This document shows positions 23,637 through 32,955 of a DNA stretch of 33,560 nucleotides, in pieces. Positions within the stretch are counted from its first letter, which is position 1. Each line of letters opens with the position of its first letter. The notes under the pieces were generated by a model that was not told where the DNA came from, ran no database searches, and saw only the letters and a list, made by a program, of their open reading frames with translations. The position numbers were made by a program, and so were the translations under genes. Origin of the DNA: a virus (Duplodnaviria > Caudoviricetes); IMG/VR virus record IMGVR_UViG_3300016484_000428, positions 1 through 33,560 of that record, one strand, 5' to 3'.

Positions 23637-24686
23637 TTACTCTCCTCCGCGCGTCCAGCGCGCCAAATCCGTCATCATCTGCTGCGCGCGTGCGTGCCAG
23701 TTGGCCCCGGCCACCCTGGCCCGCGCCTGCGTCGCACACGCCTGACGCCTGAGCGGGTCAGCCAGCAGCGCCCGTATCAGCGCGCCGGCCTCCGCGGGCG
23801 TCGTGAACGTCGGCACTGATGTGCCGAACCATTCGGCCACCTCAGCCCGGTGATCCGTGATCACACAGCAGCCGGCAGCGGTCATTTCGACAATGCGCGG
23901 GTTGACTGATTCTGCCACATGGCCCGCGCGTGGCGTCCTGAAAAAGTTGATCGTCACGGCCGCCGTTTTCGCCAGTCGCACCAGCTCCGCATTGGGCACC
24001 AGCCCGCCCTTGATGTAGGCCTGCAGCGGGCTCGCCTTTGGGATCAGCTCGGTCGTGCCGTACAGGTGCAGGTCGATCCCAGTCCAGTCGATGGCCTCGA
24101 ACCACGCGATCCGCTCCGCGAAGTAACTGCCGCAGAACAGCACGTCACACGGCTGCACGGGGGCGGCCGTCGCGACGTCATGCACGCCCGGCCGCCAGGC
24201 ATGCGGCAGGTAGGCCGTCCGCGGGTTGACCGCGCGGAACGCCTCGATGGCCGCGCGCTCGTGCGTCCAGACGCCGTTGACCAGGGCCGCCAGCCGCAGC
24301 TCGTCGTCGATGTCATAGGGCGTCTCGGTGCAGAGCATCCAGACGCGCAGCCCGGCCCGCTTGGCCAGCGCGATCTTCTCAGGCGGCAGGAACATGGCCG
24401 ACACCACAACCAGATCGGTGCAGTGCTTCTCCAGCGCCCGCTCGATCAAGCCCGTCGTCGCCATATGTAGCGTGTCGGCAGCCGACGGCTTCGGCCAGTG
24501 CTGGCCCTGCTTCTCCCGCCGCTGCTTGCGCCAGAGGTAGTGCAAAAAGCTGTGCCAGCGCTCGATGCGCCCATCCAGCCGCCACTCGACCACCTGCGCG
24601 CCCTGCGCCCGCAGGCCTTCCACGACCGCCGTATACACGTCGTGCGTGGCCCACGACGCGCCCGGATGGCAGACCAGCATCTTCAT
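23637..24686 (-). CDS. GT-B glycosyltransferase (CgeB / Glycos_trans_1_2-like, 349 aa)
   Basis: DVLFCGSYFAER, DLHLYG, AAVTINF..SVNPRIVEMTAAGCCVITD..R. Confidence 0.8.
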   Translation of the reverse strand: MKMLVCHPGASWATHDVYTAVVEGLRAQGAQVVEWRLDGRIERWHSFLHYLWRKQRREKQGQHWPKPSAADTLHMATTGLIERALEKHCTDLVVVSAMFLPPEKIALAKRAGLRVWMLCTETPYDIDDELRLAALVNGVWTHERAAIEAFRAVNPRTAYLPHAWRPGVHDVATAAPVQPCDVLFCGSYFAERIAWFEAIDWTGIDLHLYGTTELIPKASPLQAYIKGGLVPNAELVRLAKTAAVTINFFRTPRAGHVAESVNPRIVEMTAAGCCVITDHRAEVAEWFGTSVPTFTTPAEAGALIRALLADPLRRQACATQARARVAGANWHARAQQMMTDLARWTRGGE

Positions 24687-25108
24687 GCCGTCGGCTCCAC
24701 GATCACGCGATACAGGCCGCCGCGATGCTGATAGCGCAGATCCCGGTCTTCGTCGATCTCGACCGTGGCGATCCGCTCCTCGCGCTGCATCAGCGTCAGC
24801 GTGTAGCCGGTCGGTGACATCGTGCCGTTCTGCAGCAGCACGTGAATCCGATCCGCGCAGGTCTGCACGGCCGACGCGGTCATGCTCTGCTGCACCGCCT
24901 TGACCAGATACAGAAACGACTCGAAGCCCTGCTGTCGCCGCAGCAGATACTGATCTTCGTGCGTCATCTGCTGCACGATCACGAATGGCTCGGCCACACC
25001 CTGCGGGGCCACCTCCCGATACACGCCGCCGGGGGCCGCCGCCATCAGGGTCGCATCGCCTTCCAGCTTGGCGATCAGTGCCGTGTCGACCGCCTGACTA
25101 CTGGCCAA
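24683..25108 (-). CDS. Tail completion/terminator protein (gp17/DUF3168-like)
   Basis: ALIAKLEGDATL..GGVYREVAP..PFVIV..YQHRGGLYRV. Confidence 0.75.
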   Translation of the reverse strand: MASSQAVDTALIAKLEGDATLMAAAPGGVYREVAPQGVAEPFVIVQQMTHEDQYLLRRQQGFESFLYLVKAVQQSMTASAVQTCADRIHVLLQNGTMSPTGYTLTLMQREERIATVEIDEDRDLRYQHRGGLYRVIVEPTA

Positions 25109-25499
25109 CGGTGCCCCCCGTGATGGTCGCGCCGGTCACGCGCTCGACCATCCGCAGCAGGTCGGCGTAGAAGTCACGCCGCACGCGGGCCGCGACTTCG
25201 CCCATCACCGGCCTGGCCGGCTGTCGGCGCGTGCCGTACTCGTAGATGTGCGCGTGCGGAGCCGTGCTCTTGACGATCGACAGCACGCGGTGCCCGTCGC
25301 CCTTCACGCGCACGACGCGCACGCCCTTCCGAAGGTTGCCCGTCGGGCCCTGCGGATACGCGGCCTTGACCTCCTCGACCGCGCGCGTCGCGGCCTCGTC
25401 AGCCAGCCGCTGCCCGTCGTCCGTGCAGGCCTCAGCGAAGCCGGCCACCAGCTTCTTGAGATCGTCGAGGCCCTGCAGCTCAAGCGTCGCGGCCGCCAT
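25098..25499 (-). CDS. HK97 gp10-like tail/neck protein (133 aa)
   Basis: LQGLDDLKK..P..TGNLRKG..HAHIYEYGT..PARP; TAATG start. Confidence 0.8.
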   Translation of the reverse strand: MAAATLELQGLDDLKKLVAGFAEACTDDGQRLADEAATRAVEEVKAAYPQGPTGNLRKGVRVVRVKGDGHRVLSIVKSTAPHAHIYEYGTRRQPARPVMGEVAARVRRDFYADLLRMVERVTGATITGGTVGQ

Positions 25500-25831
25500 T
25501 AGAGCTGCTCCTCGCATGCCAGCACCAGCCAGCGGTCGCGCTCCTGGATGTTCTGCAGGCCGCGCACATTGAAGTATCGCCCGTCGTAGGTCAGCCGGCT
25601 GCGCGTCGTCACTCCGTCGTGCCAGCGCATCGTGACAATGTGCGAGATCGGGGCCTCGATGGTGTTGCCCACCAGCCGCTCGATGTTGCTCGCCGTGGCG
25701 ACGTCGATCCGCGCCCACACGGGCGACGGGCTCGCCGCCACCCAGGCATCGGTATAGCCGCCGTCACCGTCTGCCGTGCGCGTCGGGTTGGCAATCGCCA
25801 CACGGTGTCGCATCTGCCCGATCTGCGTCAT
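25499..25831 (-). CDS. Head closure protein (SPP1 gp16-like)
   Basis: GQMRHRVAI..DGDGG..WARI..HIVTMRW..RLTYDGRYFNV..LACEE. Confidence 0.85.
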   Translation of the reverse strand: MTQIGQMRHRVAIANPTRTADGDGGYTDAWVAASPSPVWARIDVATASNIERLVGNTIEAPISHIVTMRWHDGVTTRSRLTYDGRYFNVRGLQNIQERDRWLVLACEEQL

Positions 25832-26442
25832 GCCGCCTCGATCAACCGATAGGGGCCCAGCAGCCGCTCGACCGTGAACCGTGTGCTCTGCACCATCGTA
25901 CCCGTGATAGTTTCCTGCCGCTGCTCATATAGGTCGCCCAGCAGCAGATAGATCGCCGACTTGATGCCGTCTGGCACCTGCGGGGCCGAGCCATAGCCCA
26001 CGACCACGCGCACCGTGACGGGGCGATCGGGCTGCGTCGACAGGGTCGGCAGCGTCACGCCGTCCGCAATTTCAATGGTGCCGCGGCCCGCCCTCGGCCC
26101 AGCCTGCGCGCGCACGACATACTGGCTGGCCGCCAGCGTCTGCGTCACCTGGTCTTCGTCGATGTAGCTGATCGAGGTGATCGACTGCAGCGGAGCATAC
26201 GGCACGACCAGCGGATCGCCGATGATCGGCCAGCCCGCATACCGGAAGTCCATCGTCTGCGTGCAGAGGGCACGTCGTGTGTAAGTTTCCACCCACTCGC
26301 GCGCCGACACCTGCATGGCCGAGATCAGCGTGTCATCGCTGGCGTGGTCGACGCGCAGAAACTGCTTGCACTCCGACAGCGTCAGCGGCTCGACCGCCGG
26401 GCCCGTCACGAGCGACGCGATCGGCTGTCGTCGCCAGCTCAT
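25828..26442 (-). CDS. Head-tail connector (HK97 gp6-like)
   Basis: PAVEPLTLSECKQFLRVD..DDTLI..AREWVETYTRRAL..VPDGIKSAI..LYEQR..LLGPYR. Confidence 0.88.
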   Translation of the reverse strand: MSWRRQPIASLVTGPAVEPLTLSECKQFLRVDHASDDTLISAMQVSAREWVETYTRRALCTQTMDFRYAGWPIIGDPLVVPYAPLQSITSISYIDEDQVTQTLAASQYVVRAQAGPRAGRGTIEIADGVTLPTLSTQPDRPVTVRVVVGYGSAPQVPDGIKSAIYLLLGDLYEQRQETITGTMVQSTRFTVERLLGPYRLIEAA

Positions 26443-26645
26443 GCCGCCACCTCAGCCACCCGCCGCTTGCGCTGCGGGGCTGCGAGAATGGCCTGCTGAT
26501 ACGGGGCGTGCCGCGCTTCGGTCACGCGCTCGGCCGCGCCCTGCGCGATCAGTGCGGCCTCGAGGCCCGCCGGCAGCGCGCACACCTCGCCGGCGGCCAG
26601 TCGGCCGACGTCAGACAATCGGATCTCGGTCAGCAGTCGCACCAT
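26439..26645 (-). CDS. Small hypothetical head-region protein (68 aa)
   Basis: GEVCALP..ALIAQGAAE motif; ATGA-coupled. Confidence 0.6.
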   Translation of the reverse strand: MVRLLTEIRLSDVGRLAAGEVCALPAGLEAALIAQGAAERVTEARHAPYQQAILAAPQRKRRVAEVAA

Positions 26646-26669
26646 GTCAGGGCCTCGCGGAAGGGCTGC

Positions 26670-26698
26670 GGGGCCGCTGCCGTCATGACAGCAGCCCC
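26670..26698 (-). terminator. Stem-loop after the capsid/decoration genes (mRNA stabiliser or weak terminator)
   Basis: GGGGCTGCTG-N9-CAGCGGCCCC 10-bp stem with one G-U pair; no clear U tract. Confidence 0.4.
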
Positions 26699-26710
26699 GG
26701 CAGTGTGTGA

Positions 26711-27136
26711 CTAGGCAAACGCCTGATCGCCCACGGGGGCGATGTGCGGCAGGCCCTGCACCGCGACGGCAGAAAACGCCGCGACTGCGGTGCCGGTTTC
26801 GGTCGCCACGAGACGGGCGTAACGCTTCCCGCCGCTGTAGCCCATCAGGCCGACCTTGTTGCTGGCGCTGGTCGCATTGATCACCAGGTTGCTGCCAAGC
26901 AGACCAGTCGCCGCCGTCACCGTGGCCCCGTCGCTCAGGTCCGATGCGTCACCGGCCTGAATCGTCAGGGTAAAGTAGTTGCTGGCATCGGCCGTCGTGA
27001 CCGTCGCCAGCTGCACCACGAACGTGCAGGCGTCGAAGCCCTGCATGTCGATGATGTTGGTGCCGTTCGCCGTGGCCGACCGATCAGCGTAGTTGAACGC
27101 CGAGGTGACCTTCGTCTGGTTCAGTGAATCGCGCAT
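26711..27136 (-). CDS. Probable capsid decoration / minor head protein (141 aa)
   Basis: Directly after the capsid gene with AAGGAG RBS; jelly-roll-like (IDMQGFD..IQAGDASDLSD..GYSGGKRYARL). Confidence 0.6.
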   Translation of the reverse strand: MRDSLNQTKVTSAFNYADRSATANGTNIIDMQGFDACTFVVQLATVTTADASNYFTLTIQAGDASDLSDGATVTAATGLLGSNLVINATSASNKVGLMGYSGGKRYARLVATETGTAVAAFSAVAVQGLPHIAPVGDQAFA

Positions 27137-27149
27137 GTCGTCGTCTCCT

Positions 27150-28340
27150 TTACGCCGAGAACTTCAGGAACTTGATCGCGTCGAAGTCGACGACGCCGCC
27201 GCCCACGCGACGGGTCGCATGGAAGGTGATGTAGGGGTTGTTCGAGAAGGGGTCACGCAGCACCGACAGGCCGAGCCGGTCGACGACCATGTACCCGTTG
27301 CCGAAGTTGCCGAACGCGATCGACAGCGAATCGGCACCAACCGCCGGCATGTCCTCGGCCTCGACCACGTTGTAGCCCAGCAGCACCGACGGATTGCCGG
27401 CCTGCGTCGAGGGCTGCCAGATGTAGTCGCCGCCGCTGGTCTTCAGCACGCGGACGGATGCGAGCGTCGCCTTCGACATCATGAACACGGCACCCTGTCG
27501 GTAGCCCGACTTCAGCTTGCCGGTCAGGTCGATCAGCTTGTCGACGCCGTTGGCATTGCTGCCGAAGCCGCCCGACGTGCCGGTCGCCACGTGCTCAAGC
27601 TGACCCCACGCGCGGGAGCTGTCAGCCGTGGCGGCCGTGGTGTAGGTCGTGATCCCGCGCGGGCGTCCGACGCCGCTGCCGGTGATGAATGCAGTCTGCT
27701 CGCTCAGGGCGAAGTCACGGGCGATGCTGTCCGACAGCCACTGCTCCACGTTGACGGCTGCGTCCTCCAGCATGTTGGGCCCGATGCGCGGGCTCGACCG
27801 CTGGTTGTTGACCTCGATGCGGTACTTCTTCAGCGTCGGCGTGGCCGGGTCGGTGCTGGTCGTCACTTCGTCCAGCCACGACACCGACAGCTGGCCATAC
27901 GACACCACACCCTCGACGGCATTGCCGCTGATGGTCTGAATGCGCGCGACCTGACGCATGGGCGAGCCGTCGAAGAGCCGCTGCACCAGCGGGCCGACGA
28001 CCGACTCGGGCACCAGGTAACCGCCGTTCTCGTTGTCCGAGATCCGCATGGCCTTCGCCTGCGGAGCCGCATCACCGCGACGCAGCCACGCGCTGAACGC
28101 CGCCTTCTGCTCGTCGGGCTGACCGCTGGTCGGGGCCGCCGACGCGCGGGTGATAGCCGCCTCGGTCGCCTTCAGCCGCTCGGCCAGCTGGTCCAGGTCG
28201 GTGTTGATCTTGTCGATCTTGGCCAGGTGATCGCCCTGCCCCTGCTTCTCCTCGATCGCCTTCAGGCGGGCATCGTTCGCGGTCTTGAGTGCCTCGAACG
28301 CGGCCGCCTGAGCGTCGAGCACCTGCTTCACGTTGTCCAT
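27150..28340 (-). CDS. Major capsid protein, HK97 family
   Basis: Coiled-coil delta domain, GGYLVPE, AFITGSG..PRGI, GDYIWQP, AFGNF, RVGGGVVD. Confidence 0.95.
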   Translation of the reverse strand: MDNVKQVLDAQAAAFEALKTANDARLKAIEEKQGQGDHLAKIDKINTDLDQLAERLKATEAAITRASAAPTSGQPDEQKAAFSAWLRRGDAAPQAKAMRISDNENGGYLVPESVVGPLVQRLFDGSPMRQVARIQTISGNAVEGVVSYGQLSVSWLDEVTTSTDPATPTLKKYRIEVNNQRSSPRIGPNMLEDAAVNVEQWLSDSIARDFALSEQTAFITGSGVGRPRGITTYTTAATADSSRAWGQLEHVATGTSGGFGSNANGVDKLIDLTGKLKSGYRQGAVFMMSKATLASVRVLKTSGGDYIWQPSTQAGNPSVLLGYNVVEAEDMPAVGADSLSIAFGNFGNGYMVVDRLGLSVLRDPFSNNPYITFHATRRVGGGVVDFDAIKFLKFSA

Positions 28341-28349
28341 GCTCGTCTC

Positions 28350-29756
28350 CTACGGATTGAACCGCCGGCACAATGCCGCGGCCTCGTCTGCTGTCAGATC
28401 CGGTGCGCTTGCCTCACGCAGCGCCCGCATGCCCGCCGTCGCCACAGCCTTCGCCTCGGACCGCGAGAAGCCTGCCTCACGCAGGATGCGCTCCAGTCCT
28501 CGGTAGCTGCCGCTTCGGGCGTCCTTCACGGCCGCGACGCGCGCGTCCGTATTCGCAGGGAACGTCACCAGGGACGTTTCCCACAATTCAATGCCGACCA
28601 GCTCGCGCACGTCGCGCTCACGGTCATACCGCTCGCCGCTGACGGAATAGCCGATGGACAGGCCAGACAGCGCGCCCATCTTCAGCAGGGCATAGGCCTC
28701 GCGGCCCAGCTGCGTGTCGGCCAGCTCGCCGACGACGTGCAGCCCGCGCGCGTCCTCCCGCATCGACCGCCACACGCCAATTACCTGTGACGGGTCGTGC
28801 TGCCAGAGCATCGCCGGCATGCGCCCTGATCCTTCAGCCTTGCGGATCGTGTCAGCGAATGCCCCAGGCATCACGACATCGCCGTAGCTGTCGACGACGC
28901 CGAACACAGAGCCGTAGCCCTCGAACGTGCGATCCGCGTCCAGCGCTTTGTAGCTGCAGGCGACCGCCTTGATCTCGCGGCCGGCCGATGTGGCGCTGCG
29001 CGCCACGTCGAGTGCGTCGTCGATTCGCATCATCTCCTCGCGCTTTCGTGTCGACCAGCTCTGGCCCGGATCGCCGCCCCACAGGGCCCACGCGATGCGG
29101 CCAGCCGATGGGTAGCCATCCTCGTCAGGCCGGTAGCCCTGCCCTTCCTTGTCGACCTCATGCCGGGCAAACCAGGCCGCCATTGTGATGATCGTTTCTG
29201 GCGTCATCTCGTCGCCAGACAGGATCTGCCGCGCGCGTCGCACTGCGACACCAGTGCCCCCACGGCCAAACTGCTCGCGCCAGTCGAGCCCCCGCTGGGC
29301 TTCGGCGCGCATCGCGCTTGTCGGCTGCAGATCAATCGGCTCGCCACGATAGACCGCGCGCACCTCGTCGGTGTCGGTCAGGAACTCCTCGGCCGTCAGC
29401 GCCTGCAGGCCGAGCCGGCGCGCCATCTGCCGCACCCCTGCGTCATTGTCGACAGCGGATTCCAGTTCGTCGCCATACTCTTCAATCAGCAGGCTGTACT
29501 TATATTCCTTGAACGCCAGGGCCACATTCGGGCCGGTGCGATCCGCGAAGTCATTCAGGTGCAGCTCGTCGAATGGCACACCGTTCGCACGCAACCACGC
29601 GCGCGTGTCGTCCATGCGATCGACCGTCCGACTGGAGACGATCAGAAACCGATCACCGTTGTCTGCCATTGCGCGCATGCGCGCGATCAGCGGCTCGCGT
29701 GGCGTATCGCCGCTGGTCGTCAGCGTGCCGTCGATGTCGATGATGTATGCCGACAT
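28350..29756 (-). CDS. Prohead protease (HK97 family) with an N-terminal HAD-like domain and a middle domain
   Basis: N-term IIDIDGTL..IVSSR..FKE..AVDND; middle AQRGLDWR..GRGGT..WFARH..GRIAWALWGGD; C-term FEGYGSVF..LWQHD..GLSIGY..ETSLVTFPAN. Confidence 0.88.
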   Translation of the reverse strand: MSAYIIDIDGTLTTSGDTPREPLIARMRAMADNGDRFLIVSSRTVDRMDDTRAWLRANGVPFDELHLNDFADRTGPNVALAFKEYKYSLLIEEYGDELESAVDNDAGVRQMARRLGLQALTAEEFLTDTDEVRAVYRGEPIDLQPTSAMRAEAQRGLDWREQFGRGGTGVAVRRARQILSGDEMTPETIITMAAWFARHEVDKEGQGYRPDEDGYPSAGRIAWALWGGDPGQSWSTRKREEMMRIDDALDVARSATSAGREIKAVACSYKALDADRTFEGYGSVFGVVDSYGDVVMPGAFADTIRKAEGSGRMPAMLWQHDPSQVIGVWRSMREDARGLHVVGELADTQLGREAYALLKMGALSGLSIGYSVSGERYDRERDVRELVGIELWETSLVTFPANTDARVAAVKDARSGSYRGLERILREAGFSRSEAKAVATAGMRALREASAPDLTADEAAALCRRFNP

Positions 29757-30979
29757 CAGGCCGTGCCTCCATTGCGCGGCTGCCCGATCGGCTGCATGTT
29801 CAGCGGCTCGAGGTAGTCGTCGCCGCCCGGCACCTCGTCGAGGTTCTCCAGTCGGCGAATGTCGTTGATCGACAGGAAGCCCGCCTGTCGGCCAACCATA
29901 TAGGCCTGATACCGGCTGGCGATGTCGCCACGCAGCAGGCCGTCCAGTTGGAACTCGAAGAAATAGTTACGCCGCTGCTGCGCCGAATCCGACAGCAGGC
30001 TGGCATGCAGCACCTGCTCGAACAGCACCGCCCACGGTCGGATGCAGTGCTGCACGAACTCAATCGATTGGTGTTCGATATTCGAGAATGTCGAACGCTC
30101 CAGATCGCCGATCATGTGCGCCGGCACGCGGAACGCCGCCGCGATCTCCGTGCGCGTGAACTTGCGCGTTTCCAGCAGCTGCAGGTCTTCGTTGGTCATG
30201 CTGATCTTGTCGACCTGCATGCCCTCCTCGAGGACGGCCACGCGGCCGGCCTTGCGCGCGCCACCGTAGGCGGCCTGCCAGGATTCCTTCAGCCGGGCAG
30301 CGGCCTCCTCGTCCAGCACCTGCGGATGTCGCAGCACGAGGCCTGGCGTGGCGTCGTTCTCCAGCAGCGTCCGGCCGTAGACCTGCGCGCTGTGCGCCGT
30401 GTCGATGATGTCGGCCGCATCCTGAATCAGCGACCGCCCCATCAGGCCCGACGTCGACAGGCCGCGCAGGTGCAGCACCTTCGGATAATCGCCAGCGAAC
30501 GCCTGCCGATACTCGCGCGCCCCGCCCTCGGCCAGCGTGTAGCGATACACCGGCCCATACGCCCCGCGCTGCACGTCCATGCGCGACGGGTCCAGGATGT
30601 TCAGCTCGCGCACGAAGCCGTCGACGCGCACGATCTCGGCGTAGGCGTTGCCGTGCAGCAGCACGTGCGCCATCATCTGCTCGCGCCATTCGGCGCTGGT
30701 CTGGAAGGGGTTGGGTTTCCACCGCAGCAGCTCGGCCAGCGGATCGTTATCCTGCCGCTGCTTGCCTGATGCCGTGCGCCTGTACAGCAGCAGCGGCAGC
30801 GTGCCAATGGTCTGCGCGATGACATTCACGCAGGCCAGCACGGTCGACACCTTCAGGGCATCGTCCTCGCCGACCTTGCCCGTACGCAGGAAGTCCGAGA
30901 CCAGCTGCTGCAGGGCCGTCGACTTCGCCCGCCTGGGGGCCGGTACCGCGCCGATCAGGCGCTCAAGAATAGTAGGCAC
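29756..30979 (-). CDS. Portal protein, HK97 family (module 1)
   Basis: VLACVNVIAQTIGTLP, PNPFQT, LLHGNAY, VLHLR, QLLETRKF..EIAAAFRVP, FSNIEHQ, INDIRRLENL. Confidence 0.95.
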   Translation of the reverse strand: MPTILERLIGAVPAPRRAKSTALQQLVSDFLRTGKVGEDDALKVSTVLACVNVIAQTIGTLPLLLYRRTASGKQRQDNDPLAELLRWKPNPFQTSAEWREQMMAHVLLHGNAYAEIVRVDGFVRELNILDPSRMDVQRGAYGPVYRYTLAEGGAREYRQAFAGDYPKVLHLRGLSTSGLMGRSLIQDAADIIDTAHSAQVYGRTLLENDATPGLVLRHPQVLDEEAAARLKESWQAAYGGARKAGRVAVLEEGMQVDKISMTNEDLQLLETRKFTRTEIAAAFRVPAHMIGDLERSTFSNIEHQSIEFVQHCIRPWAVLFEQVLHASLLSDSAQQRRNYFFEFQLDGLLRGDIASRYQAYMVGRQAGFLSINDIRRLENLDEVPGGDDYLEPLNMQPIGQPRNGGTA

Positions 30980-30987
30980 GCGCGTCT

Positions 30988-31021
30988 CGTGCCGTCGATG
31001 CGGATCGCATCCATCGGCACG
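30988..31021 (-). promoter_or_regulatory. Hairpin in the portal-1 leader
   Basis: CGTGCCG..GATGCG-ATC-CGCATC..CGGCACG ending 8 nt before the GTG start; no clear SD. Confidence 0.4.
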
Positions 31022-31053
31022 GCGTCAGTATGTCGACGCGCGCGCGTGATGTG

Positions 31054-31248
31054 CTACAGGTCGTTGCCGTTGCTGCCGTTGGTTTCTGCTCGCTTCCCCG
31101 GATCAACGTCGTCACGTCGCACGAACACACGGCGCGCGGCCGGTGAGGCCTTCGTCGACTGCACCGCGCCCTTGTCGATCCAGTTGCGGATCGTGCGCTT
31201 CGTCACCCGCGCGAGGCTCGCGGCCTCGTCCATCGTGATCCACTGCAT
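31054..31248 (-). CDS. Excisionase/MerR-like (HTH_17) DNA-binding protein (64 aa)
   Basis: WITMDEAASLARVTKRTIRNWIDKG..RVFVRRDDV. Confidence 0.8.
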   Translation of the reverse strand: MQWITMDEAASLARVTKRTIRNWIDKGAVQSTKASPAARRVFVRRDDVDPGKRAETNGSNGNDL

Positions 31249-31251
31249 CGG

Positions 31252-32955
31252 CTACCCCCCCAGAATGATCAGGCCGCGATCGCGCGGGCCTTTCGGTTTC
31301 GGCGTCAGCTGCGGCAGGCGTGACAGCGCCATGATCAGCGCAACCACGCCGTCGATCTTCTCGGCCGCCCGCGCCTTGTCGGGGGCCACATTGCCGTTAG
31401 GGTCTGTCCTGACAATCAGATTGTCAGCCATCCAGCGCAGCACCGGATGGCCACCGTGCTGCAGCTGCCCCTTCGCCACGAACTCGGCCAGTTGCTTCGT
31501 CGGTTCGCTGAGCGTGCGATAGCCCTGCCGAACCTCGACCGGCGTGAGCCCGTCGGCCTGCAGCTCCGTCGCCAGGCTGGTTGCATTCCATGAATCGTAA
31601 GCCAGCTCCCGCACGTCGAACTCGCGCGACAGCTCCAGCAGGGCCGCACGGATGAACGCCTGGTCGATGACGTCCCCCGGCGTCACCTGAAGATACCTGG
31701 CCCGCACCCATGCCTCGAGCGGCACCAGCGCCCGCCGCGATTGCTGCACCGCGGCCTCTGGGGCCCAGATGGTCGGTAGCACGATCACGCCGCCATCAGG
31801 CCGACGGAACACGGCCACGGCCGCCGTGAAATCGAACTTGGCCGAGACATCCATGCCGATCACGCAGGGCTGCCCGCGCAGCGCAGCCCGGTCGATCGTG
31901 GCGCTGTTTGCCTCGCTGTCCCACTGCGCCATCGGTAGATACCGCTCGGCCGCCTGCACCCATTGACCGAGATGCAGCCGCCGAAACTCCGACTCAAATG
32001 CTGGGATGTGCTGCGCCTGCAGGCACTTGCGCGCGAGGTCGTCGGCCTTGACCGACACGCCAAAATTAGGATTCGCCTTGCGCCAGATCGCCGGGTCGCG
32101 CCAGTCGTCCTTCGGGTCCGCGCCAATGATGCAGCCGAACCATGACGGATCGTCGACGATGCCGCGCACGACCTGGCTGCTGTACTGATGATGGTCTGCA
32201 CACACGCCCGTCGTGCCCACGCCGGCCGTCGTGATCTCGAACAGCAGCGGCTGCCGTCGTGTGCCCGTGCCCGTCGACAGCACGTCGATCACACCGCTCG
32301 ACTTCATGGCGTGGATCTCGTCGATGATGATCCCGTTGGGCCTCAGCCCGTCGAGCGTATCCTCGTCGCCACCCAGCGGCACCAGCTTCGACGCGCTGGC
32401 GTGGTGCCACAGATGGGTCTTCAGCGGCTCGATGCGCTGGGCCAGCGCCGGCACGCGGAGCACCATCTGCCGCGCCGTCTCCCATGTGATCTTCGCCTGG
32501 TCCTTCTTGGTCGCTGCGCAGTAGACCTCCGCGCCGGGCTCGCCGTCGAAGGCCAGCAGGCGCAGGGCGATCCCGGCCGCCGTGGTCGACTTGCCCTGCC
32601 CCCGCGGCTGCTCGCAGTAGGCCTGACGGAACCGCCGCCGGCCGTCCTCGAGCAGCCAGCCGAACAGGCTGCCGACAATAAACCGCTGGAACGGCTGCAG
32701 GTCAATCGGCTGCCCCGCCCATTCGCCTTTGTAGTGCCGCAGCTTGCCGAAGAATGCGATCGCCAGCTCGGCCGTCTCTGGCGACCACCGCCAGCCGCGA
32801 TCCCGTGCGACCGTCAGGTCGGCCAGGTGCCGCGCGCACGCCGCCCGCAGCAGCTCGCCGCCAGGCTCGTCGCCGTCGGCGACACGCCGCGCGTAGGCCG
32901 TCGCGCCGTCAGGCGGGGCCGGTGTGATCGCTCGCCGTCTACGCGCTGGGCTCAT
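31252..32955 (-). CDS. terL: Terminase large subunit, Terminase_1/HK97-like (module 1)
   Basis: Walker A PRGQGKST, Walker B IIIDEIH, ITTAG, WRKANPN, GMDVSAKFDFTA, KIDGVVA; 567 aa intact. Confidence 0.95.
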   Translation of the reverse strand: MSPARRRRAITPAPPDGATAYARRVADGDEPGGELLRAACARHLADLTVARDRGWRWSPETAELAIAFFGKLRHYKGEWAGQPIDLQPFQRFIVGSLFGWLLEDGRRRFRQAYCEQPRGQGKSTTAAGIALRLLAFDGEPGAEVYCAATKKDQAKITWETARQMVLRVPALAQRIEPLKTHLWHHASASKLVPLGGDEDTLDGLRPNGIIIDEIHAMKSSGVIDVLSTGTGTRRQPLLFEITTAGVGTTGVCADHHQYSSQVVRGIVDDPSWFGCIIGADPKDDWRDPAIWRKANPNFGVSVKADDLARKCLQAQHIPAFESEFRRLHLGQWVQAAERYLPMAQWDSEANSATIDRAALRGQPCVIGMDVSAKFDFTAAVAVFRRPDGGVIVLPTIWAPEAAVQQSRRALVPLEAWVRARYLQVTPGDVIDQAFIRAALLELSREFDVRELAYDSWNATSLATELQADGLTPVEVRQGYRTLSEPTKQLAEFVAKGQLQHGGHPVLRWMADNLIVRTDPNGNVAPDKARAAEKIDGVVALIMALSRLPQLTPKPKGPRDRGLIILGG

